A stretch of DNA of 64,000 nt. Origin: Minutocellus sp. GHC0000111 (Eukaryota). The notes under the pieces were generated by a model. That model worked only from the letters and a program-made list of their open reading frames with translations. It did not search any database and had not been told where the DNA came from. The DNA lies in NCBI GenBank assembly GCA_977018835.1, contig OZ361259.1, positions 2,480,001 through 2,544,000 of the forward strand, in the 5' to 3' direction. Numbering within the stretch: the stretch's first letter is position 1; each line of letters starts with the position of its first letter. This document shows, piece after piece, positions 58,163 through 64,000 of the stretch. The position numbers and the translations under genes are program-made.

Positions 58163-60265
58163 CTAGTGGTCAGACGTTCGAACATGAAAAAAAACGGAAA
58201 TTTCATGCCAAATTTCATGCTGAAAGTCACCGTTACCCAGATCAATATCATGCATCGCACAGCGTAAATTCGAATGAACAGAGTGTTTGTAGTCTCTCTA
58301 TCTTTCATTCGGTAGTAGTTAGTAGCAAGAAAGATGCCCGAAAGGTATCCGAAGCTCCGGTTTTCATCGTCCAAGTCAACCCAATTTTTGGCCGTTTCGT
58401 CGTTTCGTCATTTTTTTCCTCCTCAAAATTTGAAGATGAGCCGACCGTCCCAATGCCGCCGGCCATGCGCACCCCTCGCTTTTTCCAAGCAACAATGAGC
58501 ATGTAAGAGAAGCATCTTGCATGTGCCATGGAGGACTCTCCTGCGGCGCTCGGCCGAACTCGCGCCGCCGCCGCTGCAGCGTCTTCATCAGCACCAGCGT
58601 CGGCCGCATCCCACCGTTACTCCCTCACCCGCTGCCGCCGCCACTCCAACCGGTGCAACGTCCGATAAGTACCGCCGTCAGCAATCACCAGCCCAAGAGG
58701 ATGTCAGTCCGGTTGCCAAAGTCAACGGGCAAGCCAAGTCGGCGCAGCAACCTTGTTCATCGGCCCGCCGATGTTTCCGCCGCCGACGATGCGGCCGCTG
58801 CGGCCACTGCGGCCGAGGGTGATGACGATGAGACACAAAACGAGCTGGAAGAAAGGACGACCGCCAAAACCCCGCTCCCGTCCCAAATCGCGCCCTTCAG
58901 ATGTCCCCATGTAATTCAACCAAATAAACCAAGATGGGCTTAGACTACCGATGACGGCATTCACTACAGGGAAGCCACTGACGACCGAGAAAAGGACGGG
59001 CAAGCAGAAAGTTCCGCTGAACGACAGCTGCTAGTTTTGCAAGAAATGTGCTACGAGCTCGCATGGAGCCAATCGGTACCATCGAACTGTCTTTTGTTTC
59101 AAAGAATGCCGAACTCCTATCAGTCGCATTGATCGTCGCTCGGATAGTAATGGTAGGGAAATGACCTGCATCGAGGAGCACCTAAATGGAAGCGATCCAA
59201 TTGCACGGTGCCATCCGGGTCGCAAATTGTGTGGACACTATCCGTCAACCAAAAAGAGGAGACTGTAACATGGATGGTGCTTACAAGGTTTTAAATTTAT
59301 ATATGCATATATATTTATATATACTATACTTATTACAAGTCAGCAAAAGAGTGGGCTACGCAATACTAGCTACTAGTACATAATACACCTACACATAAAA
59401 TTACAACAAGAACTATTTCAAGATGATAGTCCTTTTGATAACAACGTCAACTCTTCGAAAGCAAATACACACCGCTAAATATTGCACAAGATAGTGGCAT
59501 CCCCGCACGTTTTTGTGTTCCGCCAATTCCATCGAAGAATGCTCGGCTACTCCTCCGGTCTCTTCCTCCTCCTCAGCTCGTCAACGGCCTGTACATGCAC
59601 TCAATATTTACAACTTCATCTGCGCTAGCACAAGTGCTTCCGCACCACGGTGACTCGGAGTTGTCGAGTGCGGAGTTGTCGAGTGCCGCCCCCTAGACAA
59701 CAACGTGCGCCCCAACGCCAAAACCACGAATCGCCGTCGGTATCGATAGTGCCGGTGCTGCTTCCGGCATTGCCCTCGCTATCGGTGTTCCTCCATCCGC
59801 ATGTTGGGTCTGGTGGCGGCCATTACTCGGTGGAGGCCATCGATTCCATCGCGTTATTCTCCCGACGATTATTGTGCAAGATCAATCGTCCACAACTCGC
59901 CAAGTGGTCCCTGGTGGGCCGCTGATGCATTCCAACTCTTGGCTTCTGAGGAGCCGCAAGTGCTGCTTCGTTCCGGTTTTCTTTCCGCTGGACGCATCGA
60001 ACTTGCCCTTCTGTTCCAGGCAGTCGACGCTCTCGCCAGCCACTTCAAAACGCACGGAACCAAAAAATAGGCAAAGCAGACATGTTCCTCGATCCTCTTG
60101 CCGTAGATACGCTCAAGAGGGTGCTTGCCGATGGGATAAACACATGATGTGAGAGAGACGAAAAAAAATTTCATGCTAAATTTCATGCTCGTAGAATCTA
60201 CGTAGGAATTAGTATTGTGTCAGCATGAAATTTTCATGTTTCATGTTCGAACGTCTGACCACTAG
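58163..60265. mobile_element. TIR-bounded non-autonomous DNA element
   Basis: Perfect 27-bp inverted repeat CTAGTGGTCAGACGTTCGAACATGAAA at 58163-58189 and 60239-60265. Subterminal AAATTTCATGC repeats occur near both ends. The interior is degenerate and includes a Cys/His cluster near 59035-59185. Confidence 0.8.
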
Positions 60266-61781
60266 CTTGAGACACACAGGTAACCCGGATTTTAGCCCGT
60301 CAACCCCCGGCCGCCAATATGCAATGGAGAGAAAAACAATGGGGAAGATGGGACATGAGCCGGACAGAGCGACGTAGCAGCAGCACATGCAGCAGAACAC
60401 GAAGACAACGTGCGCGATGCGAAAACGATCGTTGTTGCTCAGTGACGATCGAGTCTTAGCCAAAAAAAAAACAGGCTGGCTCAAAATCTGCACACATAAC
60501 CGAATTCGCTGTCTTCGCTGTCTGCACTGCCTTCCATTGATGTTGAAGACACATGCCTTAACTCGTGCAATGCCGATGGAAACTTTGTCACAGCAGATTC
60601 AGAAGATGACTCACCCCGAAACACGTCCGCCAGTGAAGGCAAGAACGGTGGCAGGAGGAGCCAACCAACTCCAAGAGATGCGACTCTGCAGACACGAGGC
60701 TGATGATCAGCCGAACCATGAAGCGGAACAACAGGTCCACTGAGGACGAGCCACGGACCTCCAAGCTTGCGGACGAAGAGAGCAAAGTCTCCAGAGCAGG
60801 AGTGCGACGCTTCACGGCAGCATTTTCAACACAGCGGTCTGAGGCGGCAGCCCTCACAAATGGTTGGGACTCGAACATGCTGAATTTTGCTTTGGCGGCA
60901 GACGCCGAGAACACAATGCGGGTTCGAGCGCACTCCATCTCTGGGCAACTGCCGTGATGGCAATAGTTAACATCGTGGCCTTGCAAAGGAGAGCATTTGC
61001 ATTCAAGCGACGGCAAAATTTCGTGCCGAGCAAAATTTCATGCCGAAATTTTGAATTGAGGTCGCATCGCCCAACGGAAACAAAAGCCGACGAACATTCA
61101 CTAAGTAGGCACTCTGGAGGTTTTGGGGGTGAGAAGGGGGCATCAATAAGGGAAAAAATAATCCTGTAGCAAGGTGTGTGATTTCTGTGACTTGATAAAT
61201 AATGTTGAGACTGTATGTTTTTAATGTTCTTTTGAGGTTTCTCGGCGATTGATGATGTTGTTTCAGATTTTTTCAGCCATGAAAATAAACATAACCAAGA
61301 AACCTCACCAACACTCCTTGTAAAACCGTTCTAAAGACATATAATTGAGCGTTATGGAGTGTTTGTGTCAGATATCATCACAAAGGCCCCAGATGGCCGG
61401 AGCCTTTGGGCCGCCCCGCGCTGAGCAATTACCATTTGGTAGATCTAATTTTCGGCCATGCTTTCGCTGAGCCGGTGTTCCAACGCCTTGGCATCCACAT
61501 TTATCCATTTTCAACTTCCTGAGGACGTCCGACCGAACGAGCGGGTGATTCTACGTAGCTACGTGTAGATCTACGGTAGTTAGCGTAGCTAACTATCGGT
61601 ACGTAGAGAGAGAACTTTCTCCAGCGGACGACTCAGTCTTCCGGCACTTTTACACATTTACCGGTATACTCAACAAACACAATGCATCGAGAGAGAGGCG
61701 ATCTTAAGCAAAGGGTTTTACCGGTACCGCCCGCCGTTGCTTGTTGAACGCATCTCGCCCATCACCGAGAGCAATTTACAC

Positions 61782-62794
61782 TTAGTACGGCAGAATATGA
61801 TTCGCCTCGGCCCAATTCTTGCCATCATCCTCACTGCGAAGCCACTCCCAACGATCCCACATGATTGCGTCTGGGCCACCCTGCATCCGTTCCATCCGCC
61901 GTGGTTCAAAGGTCCACGCTCCCAAACACGCCTCCAGCTCTTCGTCAGTGATGCGACCATTCTCCAGGTCCACTCGCGTCTTTTGGACGAGCTCGGTAAA
62001 GTGAGATTGGTTTCCCATGGATGTTCGATGGTCCGACACGTCGGCAGCAGATGATCCATCATCATCCCCAGCAGCGCTCTTCTCCGCAATCAGTCCAGTA
62101 GTCGCCACAGTCTCTGCAATGGAGTAATGAGGGACACGATCCAGGATGCTTGCCAGCTCCATCGGCACACACGATCCTTCGGCACGCCACTGCTCCACGG
62201 TTTCTCCTGGCTTGTACTTTCCGACGGTGTACAGGAACGACACGGGATTGGAATTGGCATAGGGGCAGGACGCCGATTCCGCAGCTCGCTTGGTAACGAA
62301 ACCCACCCCGTCGGACGAGATGCGTTGAATGTTTACTGTGCGGAGGTTCGGTGCCTATAGTGAGTATGTAAAGTGAACAAAGTTCGGTGGGGTGGGTTGA
62401 GACTATTGAAGTGAATGGGTAACAAGAAGCAAAAAGAACTCCGCCTTCGTCCAGTGCGTGCATTTTGTTTGTTAGTTCACCTATATGCATACATGTACCA
62501 ACCCGGCAATGACGAAAATCATCACCAAGCACCAACCAACCCTAAACTCACGTGACAGTTGGTCTCCCCCGAGGCCGCCAGGGCCATCGTCCAATGGGTC
62601 CCCGGCTCACGGTATCCTTGATGATCGCATAAATGACGACGTTCCGATTCCTTGGCCAGCACTTCGAGGGGGTTGGGTCCTGGAGATTTTGCCGAAAGGG
62701 CTCGCGTGGCGAGAGATACGACCGCGCTACCGCTGGCGGAGGAGTTGCTCTGGACGCTGCGCTGGATGAGTTGGTTAGCCGCTTTTCGGATCAT
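61782..62794 (-). CDS. Pyridoxamine 5'-phosphate oxidase-like FMN-binding protein, probable mitochondrial presequence, 2 exons
   Basis: Intron 62355-62551 splices in frame to APNLRTVNIQRISSDGVGFVT; also EQWRAEG and FEPRRMERMQGG...WDRWEW...HILPY. Confidence 0.7.
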
Positions 62795-63070
62795 GGTGGC
62801 ATAAGATATCGATAGTTGTGTTCCTATTTTGTGAAAATGCGATCTGATGAGCATCCATCCAGGAGGGATCTGATAGGTTGGATATTTTACGAACCTCGTA
62901 TCTACGTACGCTTTGGGTGGTTTTGGGGTCATGGGTCATGCCGGAAAATAAAAAATGCGCCAACCTCACGCTCGCCACGGTCGACCTCATTTGCAACAAG
63001 TAAGTGGGTGGCCGGCCAACCTAACACAAGGCCGGTGCTCTACTACGTGTAGTAGATACATAGCTAAGAG

Positions 63071-64000
63071 ATGAACAGTGGTAACAATCGACCAGTCTCG
63101 ATGTCGAGTGCATCAAGTGCAGCTGATGTTTCCTCTGCACCCAGCGACCAGCAAAGCAGCACGAGCACAAACGCTGGTAAGAAACGGTCCCATCCAGGTG
63201 ACTCACCACCTCGACCAGCCAAGGAGGCAACTTCCAGCAATAACAACAGCGCAGCAACAGATGCAACGTTGGTAGTTCAGACCCCGCACACCCTCCGTCT
63301 CCTCCGCCTTGCCGTATCGGGCACGGCCGAGCACTCCCGCCGGGCACGAGCGCTGCTTTCGGACCTGTCCCGCCGCTCGTCGCCCGACGTGCTTTGGGAT
63401 TTGCTCGGTCGGCTCGTCGTTGGCAGCAGCAGCCAACATAGCGGTAGCAGCCATGGCAAAAGTAGTGGCAAGGTAGACATTCGGTCGGGGCTGTACTCGT
63501 CCAAGTGGTCCGAGAGGGAGAATGCCGCCGCGACCATTGGGACCATCGCGGCCAATCTGCCGGGGGTGGATCGACGGGGGTTTCTGTCTGTCTCCCATGA
63601 GCATGATGGCGATGGTGGTGGTGATGATGATGGTGATGGCAATGGCGATGGTAGTGAGAATACCAAGGGTTTATGGCTGAAGGTGAATGATTTGTTAGAT
63701 TCGGCCAACGACAATCGTAGTGATGATGGCGATATCGATAATGACGCCCATGCAAAAGTCAACAAGCTCGATACGATATTGGAGCAGGGTCGCTTGCTCC
63801 TGTCCTCATCTGAAGATGCTTACTCCACCAGAAATCAAGATGAGGAGGACGATGAGCAGGCATTGCGTGACCTTGATGAGTCGGCAATCTCTAGCAAAAG
63901 TTCCCGCAACAAGAATGCGAAAACCTTCCTCAAGAGGCGCGTACGTTTGCAAAGGCAGATATTGGCGAGAAGGCTGGGTTTGGGGGGGATATTGTCTGCA
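63071..64000 (+). CDS. BTAF1: TBP-associated factor BTAF1/MOT1, 5' part (runs off the window)
   Basis: Translated by hand, as it is absent from the ORF track: LRLLRLAVSG, VLWDLLGRL, LYSSKWSERENAAATIGTIAAN, LDTILEQGRLLLSS and RVRLQRQILARRLGLG. Open to the window end. Confidence 0.8.
   Translation, partial: MNSGNNRPVSMSSASSAADVSSAPSDQQSSTSTNAGKKRSHPGDSPPRPAKEATSSNNNSAATDATLVVQTPHTLRLLRLAVSGTAEHSRRARALLSDLSRRSSPDVLWDLLGRLVVGSSSQHSGSSHGKSSGKVDIRSGLYSSKWSERENAAATIGTIAANLPGVDRRGFLSVSHEHDGDGGGDDDGDGNGDGSENTKGLWLKVNDLLDSANDNRSDDGDIDNDAHAKVNKLDTILEQGRLLLSSSEDAYSTRNQDEEDDEQALRDLDESAISSKSSRNKNAKTFLKRRVRLQRQILARRLGLGGILSA

Noticed and set aside
59655..59686. Tandem duplication of CGGAGTTGTCGAGTG
   Set aside because: Only two copies with no spacer, so simple slippage rather than a CRISPR-like array.
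1..64000. tRNA, rRNA or CRISPR arrays
   Set aside because: None recognised by eye. A covariance-model scan was not possible, so small RNAs could have been missed.

Overview
Gene-dense eukaryotic nuclear DNA, very probably from a diatom or another ochrophyte. This rests on short GT-AG introns, several bipartite signal + ASAF-type plastid presequences and diatom-style split HMG boxes. About 25 protein-coding genes can be supported, including two HMG-box paralogues, a CorA-type transporter, a DUF389 protein, an IQ-HECT E3 ligase, NDUFA13, a fibrillin, a three-repeat Myb, a persulfide dioxygenase, a mitochondrial carrier, a voltage-sensor-fused adenylate cyclase, a plastid protein consisting of an FtsZ C-terminal-like domain, a PNPOx-like protein and the 5' end of BTAF1/MOT1. 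There are also several DNA-transposon remnants. The most striking locus is a complete oxygenase + reductase nitric oxide synthase gene (18781-23491, minus strand). It has an animal-type CX4C zinc motif but no obvious calmodulin-binding helix, carries one in-frame TAG and one frameshift, and lies between two ~1.6-1.8 kb direct repeats, one of which also supplies the start codon of the neighbouring reductase gene. Three genes carry single in-frame stops and four carry single frameshifts, so assembly error has to be excluded before any of these is called a pseudogene. All family assignments come from motif recognition by eye; no database searches were run.
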